Of a stretch of 64,000 nucleotides of DNA, positions 10,698 to 22,139 are shown piece by piece. Source of the stretch: Sphyrna mokarran (taxonomy: Eukaryota); the NCBI GenBank assembly GCA_024679065.1, contig JAGIQG010000014.1, positions 21,576,001 to 21,640,000 on the forward strand, in the 5' to 3' direction. The stretch's first letter is position 1; each line of letters starts with the position of its first letter. The position numbers were made by a program, and so were the translations under genes. The notes below the pieces were generated by a model. The model was not told where the DNA came from and made no database searches. It saw only the letters and a program-made list of their open reading frames with translations.

Positions 10698-12311
10698 ATG
10701 GGCTACTGTGGATTGAGGAACGAAGTGCAGATTGCATGTGTTCTGGGTGCCATCATCAGTTTCTCTTCCCCTATCACTTATGGAGCTAACATTCTGGTCG
10801 TACCTATTGATGGAAGCCATTGGATCAACATGAAGATTCTAATTGAAGAACTGAGATGCCATGGTCACAACATTACTACCCTTTATTCATCCAAGGCTTG
10901 GTACATCAAAGAGAGTCCTGATCTCTATCAATCAATCACTGTGCAATTGCAGGGTGGAACTACCAATTTTGATGATTCAAGTGGAATACAACATTTTCTT
11001 CATAAGTTGCTGACAGCCTTACGACGTGGTCTTACACCATGGGCTTTTATTCAAGTCCAGTATCAAATGGTTTCCTTCCTGCGTGAATGGCACCTTTGGG
11101 CTGGAGAGTTCATTACTAGAATTTTTGAAGATGAGAAATTGTTGAAACAGCTCAAGGACGCAAAGTTTGACTTAGTACTCACGGATCCCGCTCTTGGTAT
11201 CGGCTCAATGCTTGCCTATTATTTGCGAGCTCCTTTGGTTTACAATGTTCGATGGATCACGAGGGGAGAGGCTCATTTTCTCTTTGCTCCATCACCACTC
11301 TCCTACGTCCCTCTACGAGGGTCATGTTTGACGGACAAGATGAGTTTTCTCCAAAGAATTCAAAATGTTTTACAGCATCTCTTTGAGCTCTTCATTTCTG
11401 AGTTTTTTATTCACCCTATATACAATGAAGCCTGCAGACGTTACCTGGGCACAGACATAGACATCAAGACTATTCTTCTCCAGGCAGATGTGTGGCTGAT
11501 GAGAGTAGATTTTGTATTTGAATTTCCAAGACCAACCATGCCAAACATTGTGTACATCGGAGGTTTCCAATGTAAATCACCAAAGCCTTTGCCTGTGGGG
11601 CTTGAGGAGTTTGTGCAGACCTCAGGGAAGTACGGGATTATCGTCATGTCTCTAGGGAGCCTCGTCAACTCTTTGCCGCTGAACATTACAATGAAAATAG
11701 CGGAGGCCTTTGCTCAGGTACCTCAGAAAGTAATTTGGAGACACAATGGAGAGATTCCTCCTAATATAGCCAATAACACACTACTTGTAAAATGGATCCC
11801 TCAGAATGATCTGCTGGGACATCCTAAGACACAAGCCTTCGTTGCGCATGGAGGGACAAATGGAATTTATGAAGCCATTTACCATGGGGTGCCAATCGTT
11901 GGTCTCCCTCTGTTTTATGACCAGTTTGACAACTTAATTAGGCTTAAAGTCCGAGGAGCGGCCAAGATAGTTGATGCTGCGACCATGCAGTCAGCGGATC
12001 TACTGCAGGCACTCAATGAAGTCATAAATGACACATCCTATCGGGCTAACATGCAGCAACTGTCTGCTCTCCACAGAGACCAACTGGAGTCCCCAATGCA
12101 GAGAGCTGTTTTCTGGATTGAATACGTGGCACGGCACAGAGGGGCAGCCCACTTACGCTCTGAATTTTACCATCTCCCCTGGTACGCCTACTATTGTGTA
12201 GACGTGGTTGCTGTGTTCTTGTCTGTGTTTCTAATTGCTGCAATGATGATCGTTTTAATCTTGAAGAAATTTTGTAATGTCGCAGGGAAGAAAAAACAAA
12301 AAATTCAGTAG
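10698..12311 (+). CDS. ugt5: UDP-glucuronosyltransferase, single coding exon, UGT5-like (537 aa)
   Basis: Signal peptide; catalytic His in DGSHWINM; LTDP; UDPGT signature WIPQNDLLGHPKTQAFVAHGGTNGIYEAIYHGVPIVGLPLFYDQ; C-terminal TM helix; KxKxx ER-retrieval end (KKKQKIQ). YNVRWITRGEAHF and ADVWLMRVDFVFEFPRPTMPN resemble fish UGT5. The ATG is in strong context (AAAATGG); the ORF track starts two codons earlier at TTG. UGT identity is secure, the UGT5 subfamily is less so. Confidence 0.9.
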   Translation: MGYCGLRNEVQIACVLGAIISFSSPITYGANILVVPIDGSHWINMKILIEELRCHGHNITTLYSSKAWYIKESPDLYQSITVQLQGGTTNFDDSSGIQHFLHKLLTALRRGLTPWAFIQVQYQMVSFLREWHLWAGEFITRIFEDEKLLKQLKDAKFDLVLTDPALGIGSMLAYYLRAPLVYNVRWITRGEAHFLFAPSPLSYVPLRGSCLTDKMSFLQRIQNVLQHLFELFISEFFIHPIYNEACRRYLGTDIDIKTILLQADVWLMRVDFVFEFPRPTMPNIVYIGGFQCKSPKPLPVGLEEFVQTSGKYGIIVMSLGSLVNSLPLNITMKIAEAFAQVPQKVIWRHNGEIPPNIANNTLLVKWIPQNDLLGHPKTQAFVAHGGTNGIYEAIYHGVPIVGLPLFYDQFDNLIRLKVRGAAKIVDAATMQSADLLQALNEVINDTSYRANMQQLSALHRDQLESPMQRAVFWIEYVARHRGAAHLRSEFYHLPWYAYYCVDVVAVFLSVFLIAAMMIVLILKKFCNVAGKKKQKIQ

Positions 12312-12603
12312 GGTCCACCCATCTGATATAATTATTACTTTGAATTTCACATAGAAATTTATATCCCTGTATTAGTGCTCCTCAATGTCTTTAATAATGC
12401 CAATTAGTATAATGATTGCTTGGCAATGTATAAACTGAGTGATCTGTCACAGGCAAAAGCAATATTTTGTGTGTGGGCACTGGGAAACATATTATGTATT
12501 GAATGAAAGGGAACAACAGCCTGCATTTTAATTATTGTTTTGGAATAATCCAATGAATCACAGAATCATAACAGCACAAAACAATACCATTTGGTCCATC
12601 ATA

Positions 12604-15600
12604 CATAGAACATAGAACATAGAACACTACAGCACAAACAGGCCCTTCGGCCCACAAGTTGTGCTGAACACATCAAAACCTACCCAGCCATAGACCTATC
12701 TATAACCCCCAATCCCATTGGATCCCATATACTCATCCAGAAGTCTTTTAAGCGAGTTCGCCTCGACCACCACTGACAGCAGCCGATTCCATTCACTCAC
12801 CACCCTCTGAGTGAAAAACTTTCCCCTAGCGTCCCCTCTGTACTTGCTTCCCTGCACCTTAAATCTGTGCCCTCTCGTCGCGACCATTTCAGCCCTGGGA
12901 AATAGTCTCTGAGAGTCCACCCTATCTATTCCTCTCAACATCTTGTAAACCTCTATCAGGTCGCCTCTCAACCTTCGTCTCTCCAGGGAGAACAGTCCCA
13001 GCTCCCTCAACCTGTCTTCATAAGGCATGCCTCCCAATCCAGGCAACATCCTTGTAAATCTCCTCTGCACCCTTTCAATAGCTTCCACGTCCTTCCTATA
13101 GTGAGGCGACCAGAACTGCGCACAGTACTCCAAGTGTGGTCTGACAAGGGTCCTATAAAGCTGCAGCATTACCTCCTGACTCCTGAACTCAATCCCTCGA
13201 TGAATGAAGGCCAGTACACCGTAAGCTTTCTTAACCACATCCTCCACCTGGGAGGCCGATTTGAGAGTCTTATGGACCCGGACCCCAAGATCCCTCTGCT
13301 CTTCCACACAGCTAAGACTCCTACCTTTGATAGTGTACTCATTCATCCCGTTGGATCTGCCAAAATGGACCACAACACATTTATCCGCGTTGAAGTCCAT
13401 CTGCCACTTCTCCGCCCAGTCTTGCATCCTGTCGATGTCATGCTGCAACTTCTGACATCCTTCCAGACCATCCACAACACCACCGCCCTTCGTGTCATCG
13501 GCGAACTTACTCACCCATCCCTCCACTTCCTCATCCAGGTCATTTATGAAAATGACAAACAGCAAGGGTCCTAGAACAGATCCCTGCGGCACTCCACTGG
13601 TGACCGACCTCCATGCAGAAAAAGAGCCACCCACAACCACCCTCTGCCTTCTGCAGGCAAGCCAGTTCTGGATCCACAAGGCCAAAGCCCCTTGGATCCC
13701 ATGGCCTCTCACCTTCTCAAGAAGTCTTGCATGTGGGACCTTGTCAAATGCCTTGCTGAAGTCCATGTACACCACGTCCACTGCTCTTCCTTCGTCAATG
13801 TGTTCAGTCACATTTTTGAAGAACTCAATTAAGCTTGTAAGGCACGACCTGCCTTTTACAAAACCATGCTGACTATTTCTAATCAACCTAAACTTCTTCA
13901 AATGCTCGTAAATCTTGTCCCTCAGAAGCCTCTCCATCAGCTTACCAACCACTGAGGTCAGACTCACCGGTCGGTAATTTCCAGGACTATCCCTGTTCCC
14001 TTTCTTGAAAATAGGGACCACATCCGCAATCCTCCAATCCTCCGGAACCTCTCCCGTCTCCATCGACGACGCAAAGATCATCGCCAGGGGCTCTGCAATG
14101 ATATCCCTCACCTCCCACAATAACCTGGGGTACATCCCATCTGGTCCCGGAGACTTGTCTATCTTGATAGCATTTAAAAGTTCTAATACATCCGCTTCCT
14201 TAATATCTACATACTCAATCTTTTCAGTCTGCTGCAAACTTGTAGTGCATCCTCCCAGATCACTTTCCACTGTGAATACTGAGGCAAAGTACTCATTAAG
14301 CACCTCTGCCATTTCTTCCGGTTCCATACAGACTTTTCCCCCTTCACCTTTTATAGGTCCTATCCCTTCTCTTCTCATCCTTTTACTTTTCACATATTTG
14401 TAGAAGGCCTTGGGATTCTCCTTAATCCTACCAGCCAAGGCCTTCTCATGACCCCTTCTGGCTCTCCTAATTTCTTTTTAAGCTCTCTTCTATAAGCCTT
14501 ATACTTCTCTAGATCCCCAACATCTCCTAGCTCTTTGAACCTTTTATACACCTTTCTTTTCTTCCTGACTATGTTCACCACAGCCTTCGTGCACCACGGT
14601 TCCCGCGTCCTACCAAAACCTCCTTGTCTCACCGGAACGTTGTCGTGCAAAGCTCCAGACAAGCATTCCTTGAATATCTGCCACCTTCCTTCTGTGCTTT
14701 TCCCCAAGAACACCTCCTTCCAGTTTATTCGCCCCAACATCTGCCTGATGTCTTCATATTTCCCCTTATTCCAGACAAACACCTTCCTAGCCTGCCTGAT
14801 CCTATCCTTTTCCAATGCAAGGGTGAAGGAGATAGAATTATGATCTCCATCCCCAAGATGCTCTCCTACCGAGAGATCCATCACCTGTCCTGGTTCATTA
14901 GCTAGTACCAGGTCCAGTACAGCCTCTCCTCTCGTAGGCTTGTCCACGTGCTGTGTCAGGAAACCCTCCTGAACACACCTAACAAACTCCTCCCCATCCA
15001 AACCCCTTACCCTTGGGATATTCCAGTCGATGTTTGGGAAATTGAAGTCTCCCATCACAACAACTCTGTTATTTCTACATCTGTCCAGTATCTGTTTCCC
15101 TATCTGCACCTCAACTTCCCTGTCACTATTGGGCGGCCTATAGAATACACCCAGCAACGTCACCGACCCTTTGCTATTCCTAACTTCCACCCACAGAGAC
15201 TCCGTAGACATTCCCTCCTCGGTATCCACCTTCTCTGCAGCCATGACACTGTCCCTGATCAACAGTGCCACTCCACCACCTCTTTTGCCTCCCTCCCTGT
15301 CCTTCCTGAAGGATCTGAATCCCGGGACCTGTAGTACCCAGTCCTGTCCCTGAGACATCCAAGTCTCTGTAATGGCCACCACATCACAATCCCAAGCAGC
15401 AATCCACGCCCTAAGTTCATCCACCTTATTTACTACACTCCTGGCATTAAAATAGACACAGCTCAGTCCCTCAGACTGGACATTTCCCTTCTCCCCCACG
15501 CGTCTAACCTGCCTCTCATCCTGCCTAGAGTCCTTCCCTACCTGGGAGCTAACTTCCTTGCTCCCAGTCTCCACATCACTATTCCCTCCCCCTAACCTTT

Positions 15601-15655
15601 CTAGTTTAAAGTCCCCCCAGTAGCCCTAGCCAGTCTTCCCGCCAAGATATTTACC
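12604..15655 (-). mobile_element. Young CR1 LINE, 5'-truncated inside ORF1, with near-complete ORF2 (APE endonuclease + RT) broken by one frameshift
   Basis: ORF 14390-15574 has YFNARS, AITETW, FYRPP, MGDFN and GDHN. ORF 12696-14438 has KSPGPDG, YRPVSLTS, GVPQGSVLGP and KFADD. The frameshift is near 14470, the (TTCTATG)n tail is at 12604-12626, and the ORF1 end NILAGRLARATGGTLN* is at ~15600-15650. Confidence 0.95.
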
Positions 15656-16042
15656 TTATTGATTTTTTTAAAGTGCTATTTTAATTTGTCCCACCATCAC
15701 ATTTTACTCATAATGCTGCAAACCTTTCTTTCTAAGTATATATCCAATTCTCTTTTGAAACTACCACTATGCTTTTTCCATCACTCTATCAAATGCCATA
15801 ACAATTCACTGCATCACTCTGCTTACTTTTACCTCCTATTCCAAAGCCTTAACATTTCCCTTACAACAAAGGCAACTTTCCCATCACATGCCTCCCACCT
15901 TCTTTAATAGTTTAAAGCCAACATGAAGAAGTAGTTAATGGTGAGATGGGTAAGAAGCGCAAAATGTGAGAAAGGAATTAGAAAGAAAGATGCTCTCGCA
16001 GGAGTTTCTTCTTCAGAGATTTGCATTGTTACACATTATCAG

Positions 16043-16250
16043 GGGCGGGATTTTCCATCCACCACCATGGCGTGTTTTGTGAAGGTGGAGGAGGCCCACA
16101 ATTAGCCTGCAATGCAATTTTTTTGCTCCCGTCACTGCAAAGGGGTTTCCCATTGTAAGCACTCCCTGTTGCTGAGAAACTCACTTTCTAGATTCCCTGT
16201 CAATGAGACCTGAAGATCCCATGGGTGGAAATGGCTGGAAAATTCCAGCC
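16043..16250. mobile_element. MITE with GGGCGGGATTTTCC...GGAAAATTCCAGCC termini
   Basis: Imperfect terminal inverted repeats (TIRs). Related copies at ~6915-7102, ~7900-8210, ~25690-25882 and ~46066-46193. Confidence 0.6.
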
Positions 16251-16899
16251 AAACTTTTGAACTGCCTTTTCCAGAAGGAAAAAAATACAGTAAATATTTG
16301 GAAATGACTAGTCTGAACTGGAATTTGGTTTTAAGACATACAAATGTGCTGGTTAGCTGAATTAGCCATGGTAAATTGCCCCTCAGTGTCTCTCAAGATA
16401 TGTAGGCTAGGGAAATTAGCCACGGTAAACGTGTGGAACTACGGGGATAGAGTAGAGAGAGGGCCTGGATAATTCCTTCAGAGAGCTCAAGTTGGGTTGA
16501 ATGGCTTCCTTCTACACTGTAAGAATTCTATGATTCTAAGACCAATTCAGACCAATACCGGTCATTTCTCAAGATTTACTGTTTGTTTTTCTGGTTGGCC
16601 GAGCAATTGAACCCTGGCTCCTGAGCCTGGAAAATGTGCTACTTTCTCAGCCTCCTCAATCCCCTAGTATGCTGCAGCCATTATTCCAAGACATTATGCT
16701 TGATATTATCTCATCTATCATGCTACTGAACAAAGATTACAGTGTCCAAGGTGGTGGAGCAAGTACATTAGCAAACCGGAGTGAGATTTCCAATTCTCCA
16801 CCACCATCATACTCATATGAAAGGAGGAACTGATGAGAAACCATTGGCATTTTCGAGCACTTGTTTAATTTTTGTGGGTAGGAATTAAGATAGCTTTGA

Positions 16900-17110
16900 G
16901 TGGCATCTCGGTCTTTTGGCCAAGATGCAAATGAGATCAAACCTTGGAGGAGGAGCTATGCCTACTCCAATCAGCTTGGAGCATGTAGGTCAAGCCCAAG
17001 ACAGAAGGTAAGAGCCTGCCTTGTCAGCTTGGATCGGGAATGTCTCAACTTTTTGAGATTCTGAATTGGACTTGATTGGATTGAATTGGAATTAAAAACA
17101 AAAAAAAAAT
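16900..17110 (+). mobile_element. Putative SINE-like element with U2 snRNA-derived head and poly(A) tail
   Basis: GTGGCATCTCGGTCTTTTGGCCAAGAT matches U2 nt 1-27 (ATCGCTTCTCGGCCTTTTGGCTAAGAT) at 22/27. The element ends in ATTAAAAAC plus an A-run. Confidence 0.55.
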
Positions 17111-17869
17111 TCTGTTGTATTTTTCAGAAACAGCGACTGGATTTGAATCTTAGCCCTGACTAATCAGACACATGTTGCCCATTGGTTGTGAAAGATACAA
17201 AGTAGGAGAGTCCAGCTATCACAGTGTGTGCCTTCATGAGATGGAGGCTGATAATGCAGGGCTCACCGCAACGTGACAGTCATTGGAATTAGGAATCTGC
17301 TATGCAGCTACGTGTGGGAGTAAAAGTGGGGTTTAGCTGCCTGGCTTTGGGCTGTTTTTATTAAAATTAGGGAATAATCAGGAGCTTTGGCAGCATTGGA
17401 AGGTGAGGAATGGAGGCGGGGAGGGGGAGGATCAGACTGCAGGATCTGGTTCCTGGACAAAATGGTGGCCCAGAGTTTTGTGCCTGGGGTGGTGCACAGA
17501 GTTGGGAGACTTCCTAACTCTGCAAATCCAGGATTTCAAAATGCCTTCTCACAAGTCAGATTTCTAGTTGTTGAAGGGGCAGTTGGGGGCAGGTGGATTT
17601 GGGTTGAAAAAGGAGTTCAGGCAGGTGTCCATGGAATGAGTGAAGCATCTGTTGAGTACAGAGGCAGACTGAGCCCAAAGTCTGCCTCTGTGCACTAGCA
17701 CTGTCTTCAAATAACTTTAAGAAAAGATTAAAATAAAAACAGCTTCCATGTGCTTCATTCATGCCAACTTATACCCTCAAAATCCACTCCCCCATGGCCT
17801 TTCATACTCTTTCTGCAAACCCATGCCCCCACCCACAGCGCTTACCCCCTTCATGCCAATCCATCTAGT

Positions 17870-18030
17870 ATTCTTGGACTCTTCCTTAACAGATTTGACA
17901 ACTTTGACAGTTCCTTGCCAGCTCTTTAACTGCTGGACAATCCTTTGAAAGCGCTTTAATAGGTGGATAGTTCTTTGATAGTTGGACAGTTTTTAGATAG
18001 CTGGACAGTTCTGTGGCAGCCTAACAGTTC
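17870..18030. repeat. Degenerate short tandem repeat (~17-19-bp units, core (T)GGACAGTTCTTT)
   Basis: Recurring gctggacaatcctt, gtggatagttcttt, gttggacagttttt and gctggacagttct. Confidence 0.55.
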
Positions 18031-18419
18031 CAATGAACTTACGTTTAATGTTAACAACCCCAAGTGGTGCTTTACCTCTCCAAAAGGCCTTATTTTATCC
18101 ATGAACCGTATTCAAAGAGGTACCTTACCTTTTCAAGGACTGCCCAAAAATGTCCACCAAATCAGACATCTCCTCATGTGTACTAATGTACAATTTGTGG
18201 ATTTCCAATCCTGGCCTCAAAAAAAATCCCTCCTCTATGCAGCAGCAGTGAATTAATTGGTGTCTATGAATTATGTAGACGATAACTCTGGTCTGACTAC
18301 AATCTTGCCTCACTGAGAATGGGAAATTTCAAGTTCAGGTGTGCTACTTGGGGTTTTTGGTCATTTCTGGAATTTTTGCCACAATGAAATCTGGACCATC
18401 ATGGAGTGTGAGTCTCACA

Positions 18420-18722
18420 TGATCTGTGATAGTCATGTTTTGCACCCATAAGGGTGACCTCAACTGGGATCTTCGGTTCATGTCACATTACATGCAACCC
18501 CCACCATTTAGCCTGGGCTTGCAAAATCCTGCATTCCAACCATTATCTTGCAGTTGTATTTTGTCCATATATGTCGTGTTTATGAAACCTACCTCTTCAT
18601 TCACCTGACGAAGGTGCAGTGCTCCAAAAGCTCGTGATTCTAAATAAACCTCTTGGGCTTTAATCTGGTGTTGTGAGACTTTTTACTGTGCCCATTCTCA
18701 ACTAACATTGGCATCTCCATAT
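18420..18722 (+). mobile_element. Penelope-like element 3' end (pseudo-LTR) with mutated hammerhead motif
   Basis: ORF-end-like CTCAACTGGGATCTTCGGTTCATGTCACATTAC, then TCAC CTGACGA A GGTGC AGT GCTCC AAAA GCTC GTGA (18601-18637), then the tail shared with the hairpin elements. Confidence 0.75.
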
Positions 18723-18959
18723 CAGTAACAAAGAGAGAGCCATAGAAATTTGTTATCCCTGCAGACTTGCTAAATACCACCACCTATCTTCAAAGGTAAA
18801 CAATGGATTTTGATCAAATGACTTGTGGCCTGCAAGCCATTCATTCATGGGCCACAATACATCAACTAAGCTTATGGTCTTTGGAAAGTTTTAATATTAT
18901 GTTCTGAGACTCATAACTTAGCCTTCTCTAAGCTCCAGTCTTCAAACATCAAAACAGAA

Positions 18960-19458
18960 GTCTTTTTGTTGGTAAACACTTCAGTGGTCATGAGTAAGTG
19001 TTCTCCAAGGTGGCTTCATGACACACAACAGCACAGAGCGGCTGATCAGAGACTGATATGCAAGTTCTGCACACAAGGATGGCCTCAACCAGGATCTTGA
19101 GTTCACGTCACACTATTTGTAACCCCCAAGACTTACCTGGGCTTGCAAAATCTCACTTACTGTCCTGTCTGGAGACAATACACATTTCTTTAACCTATGC
19201 TTAATGCTATCTCCACTCACATTGACTGCATCTTTAAGATTTGATTAGCTATAAAGACTCACATTCTAAGCAGTATTCTGTAAATTGAGTGTAAGCCTTT
19301 ATATGCCCTGTTTGTGATTAGAACTCCCTATTCACCTGACGAAAGGGCACAGCCCCGAAAGCTAGTGACGTTTGCTAACAAAAAAACCTGTTGAACTTAA
19401 CCTGATGTGAGACTTCTTACCATGTTAACCCCAGTTCAACATCAGTATCTCTACACCA
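18960..19458 (+). mobile_element. Penelope-like element 3' end (GIY-YIG tail + pseudo-LTR) with hammerhead motif
   Basis: GGCCTCAACCAGGATCTTGAGTTCACGTCACACTAT, then TCAC CTGACGA A AGGGC ACA GCCCC GAAA GCTA GTGA (19332-19368). Confidence 0.75.
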
Positions 19459-20934
19459 TGGTTTCAAACCATCAGGGGGCAGAAGAGATACTGAAAGGTA
19501 ATTTATCATGGAAAATCCACCTAACCTGCATGTCTTGGGACTGTGGGAGGAAACAGGAGCACCTGGAGGAAACCCATGGAGACACAGGGAGAATGTGCAA
19601 ACTCCATACAATCACCCAAGGCTGGAATTGAACTCAGGTCCCTGGTAGTGCTAACCACAGTGCCACCAGTATTGTTATGATGGGTTCTGGAGCTGTATGA
19701 TCTTGACAGCATTGCCAAGCAGGTTATTACTGCTCTGTAAGTGCCACTGAATAGCATTGTCGATGACACCTTTTGTCACTTTCAGTGGGGTGACGGGGTG
19801 GTAATTCACTGGATTAGATTTGTGCTGTTTTTTTCTGGACAGGACATAGCTGGGCATTTTTCTACATCGTCAGGTGGATGCCAATGTTTCAGCTATACCA
19901 GAATAGGGGCTGGAGGAGGTGACTGAGGAAGGGGATGGAAGAATTTTTAAAAGTCGGATGAGAATTTTGAAACTGAAGTTTTATCAGACTAGGAGCCAAT
20001 GCAGGTCAGCGAGCACACACGTGATGGATGAATAGGACTGAGTGAATGTCAGGATATGAGAAACAGAATTACGATGAGCTGAGTTTTATCCAGAGTGGAA
20101 AACAGAAAGTTAGCCAGGCTTGCATTTTAATAATCAGATCTCGCCCAGTACATTTGTCTTTCTGTTCGATGGCTTCGAACCACCAGAGGACAGAAGTGTA
20201 TTTTTCATTCAATTGCAGCATGTTCACCCACAAAAAAATGTCAACATTCCACCACGTGGCTCCAACAGTACGCAGGCAACAAGGAAATCTTTGCACTCTG
20301 GGTCCTGGTAATGTTTTCTGAAAGGCAATATTGTTGCAAGTTTTCACAATCCCCAAGTCCGGAGGTGAATACGTTGAATGTGGCTGACCAGAATAACAGA
20401 AAATCCTTTCTATATGAAAATCAATTCATACAGAGCAGACAAAGAAAAACCAAGGGGACTAAAAATCAGAGTGAACTCTTGCTGCTCAATCGAGGATCAA
20501 CTCAGTAGATGGGAACGAGGCCAACATAGGTTTGAAAGCGTACACACTGGAAAAGATCTTCTGGTCTATTTAGCTTGACCCAGTTAATATATTTACTACT
20601 GACCCCCGACTATATGTTCTCCTGGAATGGCTGATGGGACGTATTAATGTGGTCAGCTCACTTGTACAGCAAGATATAAGGATGAAAAGTTGCCACATGG
20701 TTAACCAGTTTGAGGAGATGTAATAGTAATTGCTTACAGTCCATGCTACACGTGGAAGAGAGGGAAAAACCCATAAATGTCTCTGATCACGCTGCTACAC
20801 ATCACGTGACTATTGGTTTACAAAACATAATGGCTGATAGAACAATAAAGAATTTTCAGGAACACTTTGAGGAAAATGAATTGAAAAGTCTTTTGCAACC
20901 CCTCAAAGGCAATCAGAACGAGTCCATTTTAAAA

Positions 20935-21210
20935 ATAATAATTATTTATTAGTGTCACAAGTAGACTTACATTAACACTGCAATGAAGTTGCTGCAAAAA
21001 TCCCCTAGTCACCACTCTCTGGCAATTGTTCAGATACACTGAGGGAGAATTTAGCATGGCCAATGCAAGCATGTCTTTCAGGCTGTGGGATGAAACCAGA
21101 AAACCTGGAGGAAACCTGTACAGACACAGGGAGAACGTGCAGAGTCCATACAGAGAGTGACTCACACCAGGAATCGAACTCAGGCCCTGCCGCCGTGCCG
21201 CCGTGCTGCC
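20935..21210 (-). mobile_element. V-SINE/HE1-type SINE
   Basis: Reverse core GAAACCAGAAAACCTGGAGGAAACCTGTACAGACACAGGGAGAACGTGCAGAG, with a tail variant shared with 25172-25460. Confidence 0.75.
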
Positions 21211-21637
21211 CAGATCACTCTGGCCCTGATAAGTCTGTGTTGTGCCTTTCTTTTATATGAGTGACCTCATCCAGAAACAGATCTGGCCACTCACTCAAAA
21301 GATTTCAGTGAAGAAATGTCTATCACACGGGTCAGCAGCTTAATCCAAACGTTCACTAGTCCCAGGAAAGAACAAGCTCCTGACATCAACCTGGAGTTTT
21401 TATTTATTTGTTCATGTAGTGTGGGCATCAATGGCTAATCCAGCCCATTCCTAATTGACTTTGAGAGTTCCTTTTTGAACCATTGTAGCCAATCAGGTGT
21501 AGGTACACCCACAGTGTTGTTACAGGAGGAGTTCCAGCACTTTAACCCAACAAAAGTGAAGGAACTGCAATATATTTCCAAGTCGGGCTGATGAATGGCT
21601 TGGAGGGGAACTTGTACCTAATGGTGTTCCCATGCAT

Positions 21638-21936
21638 GCAGCATAGTGGCCCAGTGGTTGGCACTGCTGTCTCACAGTGTCAGGGACCCGATTCAATTCC
21701 TGACTTTGGTCACTGTGCAGAGTCTGCACATCCTCCCCATGTCTGCATAGGTTTCCTCCGGGTGCTCCCGCTTTCTTCCACAATCTGAAGATATGTAAGT
21801 TAGTTTAATTGCCCTTAAGTATCAGGGATTAGCAGGGTGAATATGTAGAGTTAAGAGGATGGGGCCTGGGTAGGATTGTTGTCGCTGTAGGCTAGATGGA
21901 CTGAATGGCCTCCTTCTGCACACAGGAATTCTATGA
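21638..21936 (+). mobile_element. V-SINE/HE1-type SINE
   Basis: tRNA-like head GTGGCCCAGTGGTTGGCACTGCTGTCTCACAG, V core, and tail GAATGGCCTCCTTCTGCAC...ATTCTATGAT. Confidence 0.85.
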
Positions 21937-22139
21937 TCAGCAGCCCTGATAGTTGGCTTCTGAGTGACAAAGGTTATCCACAGAAATGGTAGCTCATTGC
22001 ACCAGTGAGGGTACCCAAAACAGAGAAGATATAATGACAGCCACGGGAGCACCAGTGCCATTGTCGAGCAGATCACCAGCTTCTTGAAAATGAGGTTCCT
22101 GACAGATCAGGAAGAGCATTATACACATGTGATCACGCA

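Noticed and set aside
11370-12318. Minus-strand ORFs within the UGT
   Set aside because: Short antisense shadows of a real CDS.
13101-15353. Plus-strand ORFs over the CR1
   Set aside because: Antisense shadows of CR1 ORF2.
16830-16845. CTGATGA followed directly by GAAA
   Set aside because: No stem II between the boxes, so not a hammerhead. CTGATGA at 28395 and 33508 also lacks a paired stem plus GAAA.
20200-20312. Possible plus-strand exon (tttttcattcaattgcAG ... CTG|GTAATG)
   Set aside because: No frame resembles STK32, EVC or any protein I recognise.
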